64,000 nucleotides of DNA, taken from assembly GCA_018668595.1 (NCBI GenBank), contig JABJCP010000043.1, positions 36,490 through 100,489 of the forward strand, written 5' to 3'. Shown here piece by piece: positions 40,185 through 50,581 of the stretch. This DNA comes from Candidatus Woesearchaeota archaeon (GTDB lineage: Archaea; Nanobdellota; Nanobdellia; Woesearchaeales; UBA11576). The notes under the pieces are model-generated. The model was not told where the DNA came from. It made no database searches and worked only from the letters and a program-made list of their open reading frames with translations. Every line of letters begins with the position of its first letter. Position 1 is the first letter of the stretch. A program made the position numbers and the translations under genes.

Positions 40185-41291
40185 TCACCTACTAACAATA
40201 GAAATAACTTCTTCACACATCATTAATTCTTCATTAGTTTTTACAACTAAAATTTTAATTTTAGAATTGTTTTTAGATATTACCAAAGGACCTTGCATTG
40301 CTGCTTTAGATATTTTATTTTTTTTCTTATCAAGATTGATTCCAAAAAAATCCATATTCTTTAGAGTTTTTTCTCGTATCCACTCTGCATTTTCACCTAT
40401 TCCTCCTGTGAAAATAATTGCATCAACACCATTCAATGCAGCCATATATGATCCAATATATTTTTTTAATCTATAACAAAAAACTTCAATTGCTAGTTTT
40501 GCGTCTTTTGATTTAGAATTATATATATCTCGCATATCATTCATACCGCATATTCCTTTGAGTCCACATTTTTTATTCAGAAATAATTCTGTTTTGTTCA
40601 AGTTTAAATTAATAATTGAATTTTTTTGTTTTTGTAAAAAAGGTATTATTGCAGGATCAAGATCTCCACTTCGAGTTCCCATCACCAATCCTTCAAGCGG
40701 AGTAAAGCCCATTGATGTGTCTATGCTTTTACCCCTATTAATTGCAGTTATACTTGCTCCATTTCCTAAATGGCAAGTAATTAGTTTGAGTTTAGATAAT
40801 GGTTTTTTCAAAACGTTAGCAGCGTGTAAAGAAACATATTTATGACTCATCCCATGAAAACCATATCGTCTAATTCCTAGCTTTTTTGAAATTTTTTGAG
40901 GTATTGCGTATGTATATGCATAATCAGGGATTGTTGAATGAAATGATGTATCAAATATTGCTATTTGAGGAACTTTGAAATTTTCTAAACAAAATTTTAT
41001 ACAATTAATTTCAGGAATATCATGCAAAGGTGCTAGTTCTTTTATTTTGTCTAATTGCTTAACTAATTTTTTTGTTATTCGTTTAGATTTTGTAATTTTT
41101 CCACCATGTACAACTCTATGACCTATTGCATCAATAGTATAATTCTGTGCTGCCAATTGTTTAATAATTTTTTTTAATATTTTCTTATAATCTTTTACTC
41201 GTTCCTCTAAACCATTAATAAGCAGTTTTTTATTTTCAAACAAACTGTACTTAATCGACGATGATCCTGCATTTATAATTAATATATTCAT
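40185..41291 (-). CDS. ackA: Acetate kinase
   Basis: MNILIINAGSSSIKYSLF N-terminal ASKHA motif, HRVVHGG, HLGNG. 368 aa. Confidence 0.85.
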   Translation of the reverse strand: MNILIINAGSSSIKYSLFENKKLLINGLEERVKDYKKILKKIIKQLAAQNYTIDAIGHRVVHGGKITKSKRITKKLVKQLDKIKELAPLHDIPEINCIKFCLENFKVPQIAIFDTSFHSTIPDYAYTYAIPQKISKKLGIRRYGFHGMSHKYVSLHAANVLKKPLSKLKLITCHLGNGASITAINRGKSIDTSMGFTPLEGLVMGTRSGDLDPAIIPFLQKQKNSIINLNLNKTELFLNKKCGLKGICGMNDMRDIYNSKSKDAKLAIEVFCYRLKKYIGSYMAALNGVDAIIFTGGIGENAEWIREKTLKNMDFFGINLDKKKNKISKAAMQGPLVISKNNSKIKILVVKTNEELMMCEEVISIVSR

Positions 41292-41308
41292 TTTCGTTCA
41301 GCTATTTT

Positions 41309-42373
41309 TTAATTAATTTTTGATTTTAATTTTAATTTTGATTTTATTTTTTTTGATTTTAATTTAGCTTCTTTTTCTAAATCTTGTACTTGTACTGTTG
41401 TAACTGCACTAATATCGACTATTTCATTAACAGTACAACCTCTACTTAAATCATTTATGGGTTTTGATAAACCTTGTAATATTGGACCAATTGCTTCTGC
41501 ATGTGCAAGTCTCTCGACAAGTTTATATGCTATATTTCCTACAGATAAATAAGGAAAAATCAATACATTTGCTTTCCCGCCTAAATTTGAGCCAGGACAC
41601 TTTAGTTTACTAACACTTGGAACAATGGCGGAATCTACTTGAAGTTCTCCATCAATAATAATGTCTGGCCTCTTACGTTTAACTTTTTTTACAGCATCTT
41701 TTATTTTTCTCAAATCAGGATGATCTGCACTACCTTTTGTTGAAAATGATAACATTGCAATTTTTGGTTTAACTCCTAACTCTCTTGCAGTATGCCAACT
41801 ATCAATAGCAATTTCTGCAAGGACTGTTGAATCAGGGCTTATGTTAACTGCACAATCTGCAAACAAATACATTTTATCTTTTAGTTCCATCAAAAAAAGA
41901 CCACTAACTCTATGAAATCTTTTTTTTGTTTTAATTATTTGTAATGCTGGACGAATAGTTTCTGCAGTTGTGTGCGCAGCTCCACTTATCATTGCATCTG
42001 CATCATTTAATCTTACCATCATTGTTGCATAATACATAGGATCCTTAAGAAGATCTGCAGCTATTTTACGAGTTACTCCTTTTTTTCGTCTAATTTTACA
42101 TAATTCAGAAATATAATACTTAAAAGAAATTTGATTAGATTCTGCTAAATAATCTATAACATCGATTTTTTTTAATACATAAGCAAAATTCACTCCTACT
42201 TTTTTCATAGCAAATGTGATATTTTTCAATGATCCTAATAATATAGGTTTTGCATATCCTAACTTCACTATCTTCTCAATAGCACATAATGTACGTGGTT
42301 CTGTTGATTCAGGATATACAATGCGCTTAGGATTTTTATTTGCTTTTTTCTTGATTTTTTTTAGAAAATCCAA
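41309..42373 (-). CDS. pta: Phosphate acetyltransferase
   Basis: 354 aa. Pta/PtaB-family motifs (RIVYPESTEPRTL N-terminus and a conserved Ser/Gly-rich core). Lies immediately upstream of ackA on the same strand. Confidence 0.75.
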   Translation of the reverse strand: MDFLKKIKKKANKNPKRIVYPESTEPRTLCAIEKIVKLGYAKPILLGSLKNITFAMKKVGVNFAYVLKKIDVIDYLAESNQISFKYYISELCKIRRKKGVTRKIAADLLKDPMYYATMMVRLNDADAMISGAAHTTAETIRPALQIIKTKKRFHRVSGLFLMELKDKMYLFADCAVNISPDSTVLAEIAIDSWHTARELGVKPKIAMLSFSTKGSADHPDLRKIKDAVKKVKRKRPDIIIDGELQVDSAIVPSVSKLKCPGSNLGGKANVLIFPYLSVGNIAYKLVERLAHAEAIGPILQGLSKPINDLSRGCTVNEIVDISAVTTVQVQDLEKEAKLKSKKIKSKLKLKSKIN

Positions 42374-42435
42374 TTCTCCACCTCTAGTAACATAATTTTA
42401 ATAAACATACAATGCACTAAATCCTTAGACTGTAA

Positions 42436-44454
42436 TTAGCCTGTAGCATGCTTTGCTTTTAATTCTTCTGCTTTTGCATGTTCCTCTGCTTTTTTTGCTT
42501 GCTCAGTAGCTTTTTGTGCTTTTTTCTCGAACTTTAAAACTTGATCTCCTTTTTTAATTTCTGCTTTTATTGTTGCTTGAAATGCTTTTTTGATTCTATG
42601 TATTACATTTTCTCGACTGTGTTTTGTATAACGAAGATCTTTAACTAAAACATTTAAGTGTTTTTTCACGTCTTCAATTCCTTTCTTTAGTTCTTCATAT
42701 GCTGCTTTTACTTTAAACTGAATAGTAATTGATTTTCGAGCTGCAATATTTGTTTCTTTCTCTTCAAGATTTTCTTCTTCAAATATTTTCATTAATTGTT
42801 TTCTTGACTGCGCATTTTGAGTAATTATTGCTCCTGTTTTTGTTATGTCTTTGTATGCTTCAGCCAAACTCGAATAAACTTTATTTAAATATTTTGCAGC
42901 TCTAGCGAGAAAAAATATCTTATTAACAACTCCTGCACTTTCAGTTATTATTGGTTGAATTTCTTTTTGATTAAAATTAACAGCTAATTCTAATATTTTA
43001 ATAACCTCATCAAGAATTAATGATGCGTCATCAGTCAATTGAACTAATATTGCGTCCGGTATCTCTTCTTTGAAATCCTTAAAGTTTTTACGATAAGTTT
43101 TATGTTGTTTAGTTAACTTCAAATCATGTTTTTTGAATTTGTGTTCAAATTTAGTGAACCTATCAGAAACAGCATCTAATTTTTTTTCTACATGAAAAAT
43201 ATCTTTTATTGATTTGTTATGTAATTTCCAAATGCGTTCTAATCTTTTAATTACTAAATCAAGTTTAGTTCTTATTTTTTCAAATTTTTTCTGTTCTTCT
43301 TTAAGTTGATTTATTCGACGATGAACTCCAGACATTTCAGAATTACTATCTTTAGAATGTGATTTGATTTTTTCGAGTTTTTTTTCTTCAGACTTTATCT
43401 CATTTTCTAATGATTCTACTTCTTGATTTGTAACTTTTTTGATATGTTCAAATTTACTTTTCCGTTCTTTTAGCATCCTACATTCTTTTGCAGCTTCGCC
43501 TACAATATCCATCACTTTCAAAATAATATCCATTGCTTTTTCCCTATACTTTTCAGCATATTCTCGATTAGAAATTAAAACATCAAAATCTTTTAACATT
43601 TGTTTTGCAAACTTCAAAAGGGGTTCACGCCTTTCATCATCTAATCCTTCTGGACCAACATGTTCTAATTGTTTTTCTATCCATTTTGCTTTTTGTCCAA
43701 GCACATTAAGAATTTTAATATCTCTTTCTTCTAAAGAAATTTCTCCTTTTTCTAATTGCTCTACAGTTTGACTTATTTTCTTTGCACCAGCAGCCATTGC
43801 TTCTTCGTGAGTTAATAATTCTAAATTTTCTGCTTCTCTTCTAGCAAGTAATCCTTTAAGCCGTTCTGCACCTTTAACCACTTTGTCTTTTGATTTTTCT
43901 TTGATTTTTCCAGCATGTTCAAAATACCTAATCAACTTTCTTGTGCGACGTGGTTTAAATCCTTCTTCTTTACTTAAATTACGCGCAGCATGTGAACCTA
44001 ATCGTTTTAGTTTATTTCTTCGCAACGCTACAAAATATAATCCTGCAAATCCTCCAACAGTAATTGCAAGAGTAACAAAATCAAATGAAACTAAAGAACA
44101 TAAAAACCAAATTACTAAAATTATAGGGAACACTCCTCGTTTAATTCCTCGTCGAATCTTACCAATAACAACAACTGAAAGTGCGACAATAGAAAACCAA
44201 GATAATACATAAAGATTTAAACCATAAAGTATGGCAAAACATAATATAGCAACTACTGTATATGCAGGTATTCCTTTTTTATCTTCTGTTTTTGCAGACA
44301 AAAATATCATCACAACACAAGCAATTACTATAGCCCATAAAATTGAAGAATTAATTAATCCTCCTTCACCAAGTTTTTCTAGTCCTTGCATTATTGAACC
44401 GCCAGGACCAAATATTCCTGCTACTGATCTTTGTAATTCGAGAGGTATTGCCAA
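42436..44454 (-). CDS. Polytopic membrane protein with long K/E-rich coiled-coil C-terminal region
   Basis: At least four TM segments in the first 150 aa, then about 500 aa of heptad-rich sequence. Confidence 0.45.
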   Translation of the reverse strand: MAIPLELQRSVAGIFGPGGSIMQGLEKLGEGGLINSSILWAIVIACVVMIFLSAKTEDKKGIPAYTVVAILCFAILYGLNLYVLSWFSIVALSVVVIGKIRRGIKRGVFPIILVIWFLCSLVSFDFVTLAITVGGFAGLYFVALRRNKLKRLGSHAARNLSKEEGFKPRRTRKLIRYFEHAGKIKEKSKDKVVKGAERLKGLLARREAENLELLTHEEAMAAGAKKISQTVEQLEKGEISLEERDIKILNVLGQKAKWIEKQLEHVGPEGLDDERREPLLKFAKQMLKDFDVLISNREYAEKYREKAMDIILKVMDIVGEAAKECRMLKERKSKFEHIKKVTNQEVESLENEIKSEEKKLEKIKSHSKDSNSEMSGVHRRINQLKEEQKKFEKIRTKLDLVIKRLERIWKLHNKSIKDIFHVEKKLDAVSDRFTKFEHKFKKHDLKLTKQHKTYRKNFKDFKEEIPDAILVQLTDDASLILDEVIKILELAVNFNQKEIQPIITESAGVVNKIFFLARAAKYLNKVYSSLAEAYKDITKTGAIITQNAQSRKQLMKIFEEENLEEKETNIAARKSITIQFKVKAAYEELKKGIEDVKKHLNVLVKDLRYTKHSRENVIHRIKKAFQATIKAEIKKGDQVLKFEKKAQKATEQAKKAEEHAKAEELKAKHATG

Positions 44455-44458
44455 TTTA

Positions 44459-44968
44459 TTAACACCTATATTTTAAATCTTTTTTTCTATTGATTTTTAA
44501 AAGTTTTATAAACTGCATAAACCAAGTTAATAATTTATTGAAAAATCGTTTTAATGCGAGATCTTTTTCTTTTTGAATACATACATACACTAATTTATGT
44601 AGCGCATCAATTGAATTTTTTAGACTAGAACTTGTTCCTGTAATAATTCCTTCTTTTATTAGGGGAATTTGTTTAGATAATATCCAATTTGTTTTTTTAT
44701 GTGCACTCCCTTGAATTGTATAACTAATTGGTTTTATTTTATTATGATCTCCATATTTTTTTTCACATTCTAATTCCAGTTTTAAATCATTGAACTTGGA
44801 TAACAAAAATCGTTTCATTATTTTTTTATTTATTTTGCTAGAATTTTTTGAATTCATAAGTTGCACATAATTTTCAATAGAATATAATAATTGTTTAGCC
44901 ATATCAATCTGATTAATTCCCACTACCTCTAACTTAGCCTCTATCTCTTTTTTAAGTTTCATACGCAT
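44459..44968 (-). CDS. Hypothetical basic protein
   Basis: 169-aa ORF tightly following 42436-44454. Confidence 0.35.
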   Translation of the reverse strand: MRMKLKKEIEAKLEVVGINQIDMAKQLLYSIENYVQLMNSKNSSKINKKIMKRFLLSKFNDLKLELECEKKYGDHNKIKPISYTIQGSAHKKTNWILSKQIPLIKEGIITGTSSSLKNSIDALHKLVYVCIQKEKDLALKRFFNKLLTWFMQFIKLLKINRKKDLKYRC

Positions 44969-45081
44969 ATATAGATAAAATAAAATAAAATAGTATTTAA
45001 ATCATTCCTTCAAAATCAAAAAAATATCAAAAAGATCAAAAAAAAAAAAAAAAACAAAATTAATTAAAAAAAAAAACCTTA

Positions 45082-45095
45082 TTACTACTTAGTAA
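45082..45095. promoter_or_regulatory. Perfect palindrome TTACTA-CT-TAGTAA about 135 nt upstream of TrmB copy A
   Basis: 6-2-6 inverted repeat. TACT...AGTA-type palindromes are the class of site bound by characterised TrmB regulators. Confidence 0.3.
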
Positions 45096-45228
45096 AGAAC
45101 AAAGAGAATTTTATTATTACTACATTGTTACAGAAGTAAAAAAACGTAACATATATTAAGTAGTAGTTTTTTATACCTTTCTGTTAAGTAACAAATTTAA
45201 AAAATTAAAAAAGGGGGAGGTTACAAAT

Positions 45229-46032
45229 ATGATTGTGAAAGAAGAATTTCTTAGCAAATTAAGGAGATATTTCTCTTTGAATCTTTATGAGGTTAAAATT
45301 TGGACTGCTTTACTTTCACGAGGCGTTTCTACTGCTGGTGAACTTTCAGATATTGCAAATGTTCCAAGATCTAGATCTTATGATGTATTAGAAAGTCTTG
45401 AAAAAAAAGGATTTGCAGTAACAAAATTAGGAAAACCGATTAAATATATCGCGGTTGCGCCAGAAGAAGTTGTGGAGAGAGTAAAAAAGAATATGAGGCT
45501 CCATGCTGATGAAAAAGTTAAACGGCTTGATAATTTAAAAGGTACAGATGTTCTAGGTGAACTTAATACACTACACACACAGGGTATTGAATTAGTTGAA
45601 CCTTCTGACCTTAGTGGTAGTCTTAAAGGACGCCATAATCTGTATAACCATTTAGAATTAACAGTACGTAATGCTGAAAAAAGTGTTACTATTATGACCA
45701 CAAGTGAAGGTTTCTTAAGAAAAATGGAAGGTTTAAAACCTGTTTTTGAGAAAATCAAAAAAAGAGGAGTAAGTGTTAGAATCGCAGCACCTGTAAGTAA
45801 GGAAGCTACAAAAGTTGCAAAAAGTATGAGCGGAGTTGCAGAAGTTAGACACACAAATCACAATGGAAGATTCTGTGTTGTCGACGGAAAAGAAGTAGTT
45901 TTCATGGTTATGGACGACAAAGAAGTTCATCCTACATACGACGTGGGAATTTGGGTTAACACACCATTCTTTGCAAGCGCTTTAGAAAATCTTTTTGATC
46001 TTTCATGGAAAGGTATGAAACCAGTCAAGTAA
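45229..46032 (+). CDS. TrmB-family transcriptional regulator (copy A)
   Basis: N-terminal wHTH LNLYEVKIWTALLSRGVSTAGELSDIANVPRSRSYDVLESLEKKGF typical of TrmB. GGGGGAGG RBS. Confidence 0.75.
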   Translation: MIVKEEFLSKLRRYFSLNLYEVKIWTALLSRGVSTAGELSDIANVPRSRSYDVLESLEKKGFAVTKLGKPIKYIAVAPEEVVERVKKNMRLHADEKVKRLDNLKGTDVLGELNTLHTQGIELVEPSDLSGSLKGRHNLYNHLELTVRNAEKSVTIMTTSEGFLRKMEGLKPVFEKIKKRGVSVRIAAPVSKEATKVAKSMSGVAEVRHTNHNGRFCVVDGKEVVFMVMDDKEVHPTYDVGIWVNTPFFASALENLFDLSWKGMKPVK

Positions 46033-46166
46033 TTAAATCATAAAAAACTGGTTATTTTTTTCTTCTTTTTTTTATATTATTTAAAACAAATACACCATAA
46101 CTTATTTAAATGAACATATAAATCTATATTTGATATAAAACATAACCATATAACCGCCTACTAAAA

Positions 46167-47705
46167 ATGGACACTAATAATTTAATCGATTCTTTGCATC
46201 CTTTAGAAATTAAAGTAATTCCATTTTTAAAAGAAAATAAAACTCTTAAAACTCTCGTAAATGCTTCAGGTTTATCTGAAGTTGAAGTAATGCGAACTCT
46301 TCAATGGTTAAGTAACAAATCTGTTCTAAATATAACCGCTGATTCAAAAAAGTTTATTGAATTAGATGAAAATGGAAAAACCTATTTAGAACAAGGTCTT
46401 CCTGAAAAAAGGTTTCTTATTACAATCAAAGACTCTCCTCTTAACATGAATGACTTAATTGAAAAGTCTGGTTTGAACAGAGAAGAATTTAATGTTTGCA
46501 TAGGCCTTTTAAGAAAATCAGGGTCTATAATTATTGAAAATCAAATTTTCAGAATTACAGAATTGGGTAATAAATTTTTAGAAAAAGAAAGTTTAGATGA
46601 ACTTTTTTTAAAAAAGATTTCAGAAAACCATATAATCACAGAAGATTTAGCTCCTGAAGAAAAATTTGCATTTGATAATTTTTCTAAGAGAAAAAATATT
46701 ATTAAAATTGTTGAAGAAAAAACAAAAACTATTGAGTTAACAGATATTGGAAATCAATTAGTAAATACCAACATTATTTCAAAAACAGAAAAAAGAATTG
46801 ATCGTCTCACTCCTGAAATGCTTAAGAATGGAGATTGGAAAAATAAAGTCTTTCGACGCTATGATGTAAAAATTAATGTTCCTAAAATTTATAGGGGTAA
46901 ACGACATTTTGTTAATCAAGCATTAGATTATGCTAAACGTGTTTGGTTAGAAATGGGTTTTAAAGAAATGAAAGGCCCTATGCTACAATCTTCTTTTTGG
47001 AATTTTGACGCGTTATTTACTGCACAAGATCATCCAGTAAGAGAATTACAAGATACTTTTTTCATCAAAGAACCAAAAATTAGCAAAGAACCTCCTCAGG
47101 AAATTGCAAAAAGAGTTAAAGATGTTCATGAATTTGGCGGAGATCTTAATTCGCTTGGTTGGCAATACAAATGGAATCCAAAAGCAGCATTGCAAAATGT
47201 TTTACGAACACATACAACAGTTTTATCTGCTAAAACTCTAGCGAAATTAAAAAAAGGAGATCTTCCTGCAAAGTTTTTTGCAGTTGGTAAATGTTTTAGA
47301 AATGAAACTCTTGATTTTAGTCATTTATTTGAATTTAATCAAACAGAAGGAATTGTTATTGATCCGAATGCTAACTTTAAACATTTATTAGGATATCTAA
47401 AAGCTTTCGCAAAAAAAATGGGTTACGAAAAAATCAGATTCCGCCCTGCTTATTTTCCTTATACAGAACCTAGTGTTGAAGGAGATGTTTATGATCCTGT
47501 AAGAAAAAAATGGATTGAAATTATTGCAGCAGGTATTTTTAGACCTGAAGTTGTGAAACCGTTACTAGGCGTAGATATTCCTGTTCTTGCATGGGGTCCT
47601 GGAATTGATAGAATGATTACTGGCGCATATAATATTAAAGATATTCGTGAACTTTACAAAAATGACCTTAAGCAAATTCGTGATATGAAGGAGTGGATGC
47701 ATTAA
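46167..47705 (+). CDS. pheS: Phenylalanyl-tRNA synthetase alpha subunit
   Basis: Class II motifs in the C-terminal catalytic core (FRNE, GxGxDR). Overlaps pheT by 13 nt. Confidence 0.85.
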   Translation: MDTNNLIDSLHPLEIKVIPFLKENKTLKTLVNASGLSEVEVMRTLQWLSNKSVLNITADSKKFIELDENGKTYLEQGLPEKRFLITIKDSPLNMNDLIEKSGLNREEFNVCIGLLRKSGSIIIENQIFRITELGNKFLEKESLDELFLKKISENHIITEDLAPEEKFAFDNFSKRKNIIKIVEEKTKTIELTDIGNQLVNTNIISKTEKRIDRLTPEMLKNGDWKNKVFRRYDVKINVPKIYRGKRHFVNQALDYAKRVWLEMGFKEMKGPMLQSSFWNFDALFTAQDHPVRELQDTFFIKEPKISKEPPQEIAKRVKDVHEFGGDLNSLGWQYKWNPKAALQNVLRTHTTVLSAKTLAKLKKGDLPAKFFAVGKCFRNETLDFSHLFEFNQTEGIVIDPNANFKHLLGYLKAFAKKMGYEKIRFRPAYFPYTEPSVEGDVYDPVRKKWIEIIAAGIFRPEVVKPLLGVDIPVLAWGPGIDRMITGAYNIKDIRELYKNDLKQIRDMKEWMH

Positions 47706-49450
47706 TGCCTACAATCAATGTTAATAGAAAAGTTTTTGAAAAATTAGTAGGTAAGACTCTTCCTGAAAATGAATTAAAGGAACGTATTAGTATGCTTGGA
47801 ACTGATCTTGAAAGTGTAGACGAAAATGAAATCCAAGTAGAAATTTTTCCTAATCGTCCTGATATGCTTTCAGAACAGGGTTTTGCAAGAGCATTTTCTA
47901 GTTTTATTGGTGTGAAAACAGGTTTAAGAAATTATGAAGTTAAACAAAGTGGTGAAAAAGTAATTATTGATTCTTCTGTTAATCAAATTAGACCATTTAC
48001 AGTTTGTGCTATTGTTAAAAATTTAAAGTTTGATGATGAAAAAATTAGAGAGATTATTCAAATTCAAGAAAAATTACATGTAACATTTTGTAGGAATAGA
48101 AAAAAAGGAGCTATTGGAATTTATCCTATGGAAAAAATCAAAATGCCAATTAAATACATGGCAAAAAATCCTAATGAAATAAAATTTATCCCACTAGAAT
48201 TCAATAGAGAAATGACAGGATTACAAGTTCTTTCACAGCACCCTACTGGACGAGAATATGGGCATCTGTTAGAAGGTTTAGAGAAATTTCCTGTATTTAT
48301 TGACGCTGATGAAAATGTTCTTTCAATACCTCCTATTATTAATTCTCATATGACAGGTAAGATTAATGAAGAAACTACTAATGTTTTTATTGAATGTAGT
48401 GGTTTTGAATTTCATACTTTATCCATTTGTTTAAACATTATTGTTACTGCATTAGCAGATATGGGTGGCGAAGTGTTTAGTATGGATTTAGAATATCCTG
48501 ATGGAAAAAAAGTTACTCCTAATTTATCTCCAAGAAAAATGGAGTTTGACTTAGCTTATTGCAATAAAATTCTAGGTCTTGATCTAAATTTGAATGAAGC
48601 GATTAAACTATTAGAAAAAATGGGTTATGGATTTGAAAATCCAAATACTGTTTTAATTCCAGCGTATAGAGCAGATGTTCTTCACATAATAGATCCAATA
48701 GAAGATATTGCAATAGCATTTGGTTATGAAAATTTCCAAGAAGAAATTCCTAATGTTTCAACAGTTGGTCATGAAGATGAATTAGAAATTTTTAAAAGAA
48801 AGGTTTCTCAAATTTTAATTGGACTAGGATTATTAGAAATTAACACATATCATTTATCCAACAATGAAGAACAAAATCAAAAAATGGGTTTTGAAACAGA
48901 TGACCTAAATATTGAACAAAATAAAGAAGAAAATAATGAAGAACCAAAAAAGTCTCGAATTAAAGTTGTTGAATTAACTAATGCATTAACTCAAGATTAT
49001 TCTATTTTAAGAGCTTGGATGCTTCCATCTTCATTAAACGTTTTAAGTAATAATAAAACTTGTGATTATCCTCAACATATTTTTGAAATTGGAAATGTAT
49101 TTAATCATTCGAACACAACAGAAACTTTTGTTAAGGAACATGATTCATTATCTATTTGTCTTTGTGGTCCCGATGTTGACTTTACTAAAATTAAACAGAT
49201 TCTAGATACATTAATGAGAGCATTAGATACAAATTATGAAACTGATCCTACAAACCACAATTCATTTATTCCGGGAAGAGTTGCAAATATTATTCAAAGT
49301 TCTGATCCAAAACATAATGAACATAAACAACAAATAGGATTTATTGGTGAGCTGTCTCCACAAGTTTTGGAAAATTGGGAATTAAATATGCCTGTTGCTT
49401 GTTTTGAATTAAATATTTCTCAACTTTTTAAATTATTAAACAATATTTAA
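47693..49450 (+). CDS. pheT: Phenylalanyl-tRNA synthetase beta subunit
   Basis: B3/B4 and B5 domain order of the archaeal beta subunit. Translationally coupled to pheS. Confidence 0.85.
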   Translation: MDALMPTINVNRKVFEKLVGKTLPENELKERISMLGTDLESVDENEIQVEIFPNRPDMLSEQGFARAFSSFIGVKTGLRNYEVKQSGEKVIIDSSVNQIRPFTVCAIVKNLKFDDEKIREIIQIQEKLHVTFCRNRKKGAIGIYPMEKIKMPIKYMAKNPNEIKFIPLEFNREMTGLQVLSQHPTGREYGHLLEGLEKFPVFIDADENVLSIPPIINSHMTGKINEETTNVFIECSGFEFHTLSICLNIIVTALADMGGEVFSMDLEYPDGKKVTPNLSPRKMEFDLAYCNKILGLDLNLNEAIKLLEKMGYGFENPNTVLIPAYRADVLHIIDPIEDIAIAFGYENFQEEIPNVSTVGHEDELEIFKRKVSQILIGLGLLEINTYHLSNNEEQNQKMGFETDDLNIEQNKEENNEEPKKSRIKVVELTNALTQDYSILRAWMLPSSLNVLSNNKTCDYPQHIFEIGNVFNHSNTTETFVKEHDSLSICLCGPDVDFTKIKQILDTLMRALDTNYETDPTNHNSFIPGRVANIIQSSDPKHNEHKQQIGFIGELSPQVLENWELNMPVACFELNISQLFKLLNNI

Positions 49451-49585
49451 ACAACACTTGATTCTGTCACAATTTGGGGACATATACTCTATTTTATCGC
49501 GTATAATAAAGAAACTTTTTTAAAAGATTATTAATTTTGGTATGTAAGAGGTGTAAAAAATTAATGTTATGATGAGGTTTTTAAT

Positions 49586-50518
49586 ATGTCTTCAAAAAGA
49601 TTTGATCACCACAAAAAACTTTCGTTAAAAGGTACTCATTCACACCATCACCAACGTCCAAAAAAACACGAATTTCTATTAGATGAATTCTTAGATCATC
49701 ATGTTAGTATGCGCGTTATTTTAAAGATTTTAGTTTATTTACTCATTATTCTTGTTGTTATAGGCGGTAGTTTTTGGTTAGGTAGAATCAGTATTGCGCA
49801 CAACCAAGAGTCTCCAACAGTAGTAGACGAATCAGAAACTAAAAACAATATTGATACAACAACTATTGAAAAAACATCTGCTTTGAATTCTAATGAAACC
49901 TCAAAAAATACTACTACGACTGAAACCAATACAGATTTGAATAAAACTGTTGAAGTTACAATCAGTACTGCAGATAATAATCAAAACACTGAAAATAAAT
50001 CTCAACTTTTAATTAATGAAACAATCAGCATAAATCAAACTCAAACTAATTTAACATCATTAACATCATCTAACGAAACAGATAATAACATAGATTCTAA
50101 TGCTACAATTACAATAGATACTGCAAAATACGACGAGAACGGAAAATTCTTAGCTCATGATTATGAAAATGTTTTAGTAAACATTGGTGAAGTTTCTTTT
50201 AAAAAACGAGGGGATACGTGGGGTAGTTTTGAAGAAGCAGAAATTACATTTACAAATGGAGAATCTTTTGCTATTTATCCTCAAACTGTTAAAGTGAAAG
50301 TTTATGATTCTGGAGATTCACCTCCTAAATGGTTTGATGATGAAACTGATATTTCTGAGATGAATATTCAAATTAGCAGTGGAACAGTCAAATCTGTTAC
50401 AGTCCCTATTCATGCTTCGACTAGCGGATTAGAAGAATCAAAAAAAGTATCTATTTATTTTGTTGATTTGTATGATGAAACTATTGGATATGCAACAAAA
50501 ACAATGGATGTTGAATGA
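49586..50518 (+). CDS. Type-II membrane protein with His-rich N-terminus and T/N-rich ectodomain
   Basis: HHKKLSLKGTHSHHHQRPKKHEF, then a TM helix, then a T/N/S-rich linker with many NxT/S sequons. Confidence 0.45.
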   Translation: MSSKRFDHHKKLSLKGTHSHHHQRPKKHEFLLDEFLDHHVSMRVILKILVYLLIILVVIGGSFWLGRISIAHNQESPTVVDESETKNNIDTTTIEKTSALNSNETSKNTTTTETNTDLNKTVEVTISTADNNQNTENKSQLLINETISINQTQTNLTSLTSSNETDNNIDSNATITIDTAKYDENGKFLAHDYENVLVNIGEVSFKKRGDTWGSFEEAEITFTNGESFAIYPQTVKVKVYDSGDSPPKWFDDETDISEMNIQISSGTVKSVTVPIHASTSGLEESKKVSIYFVDLYDETIGYATKTMDVE

Positions 50519-50581
50519 TATTAAATAAATTTAAATTATGAATAATTAAAAAATGAAATTAAATTTTATTAGAAATTGATT

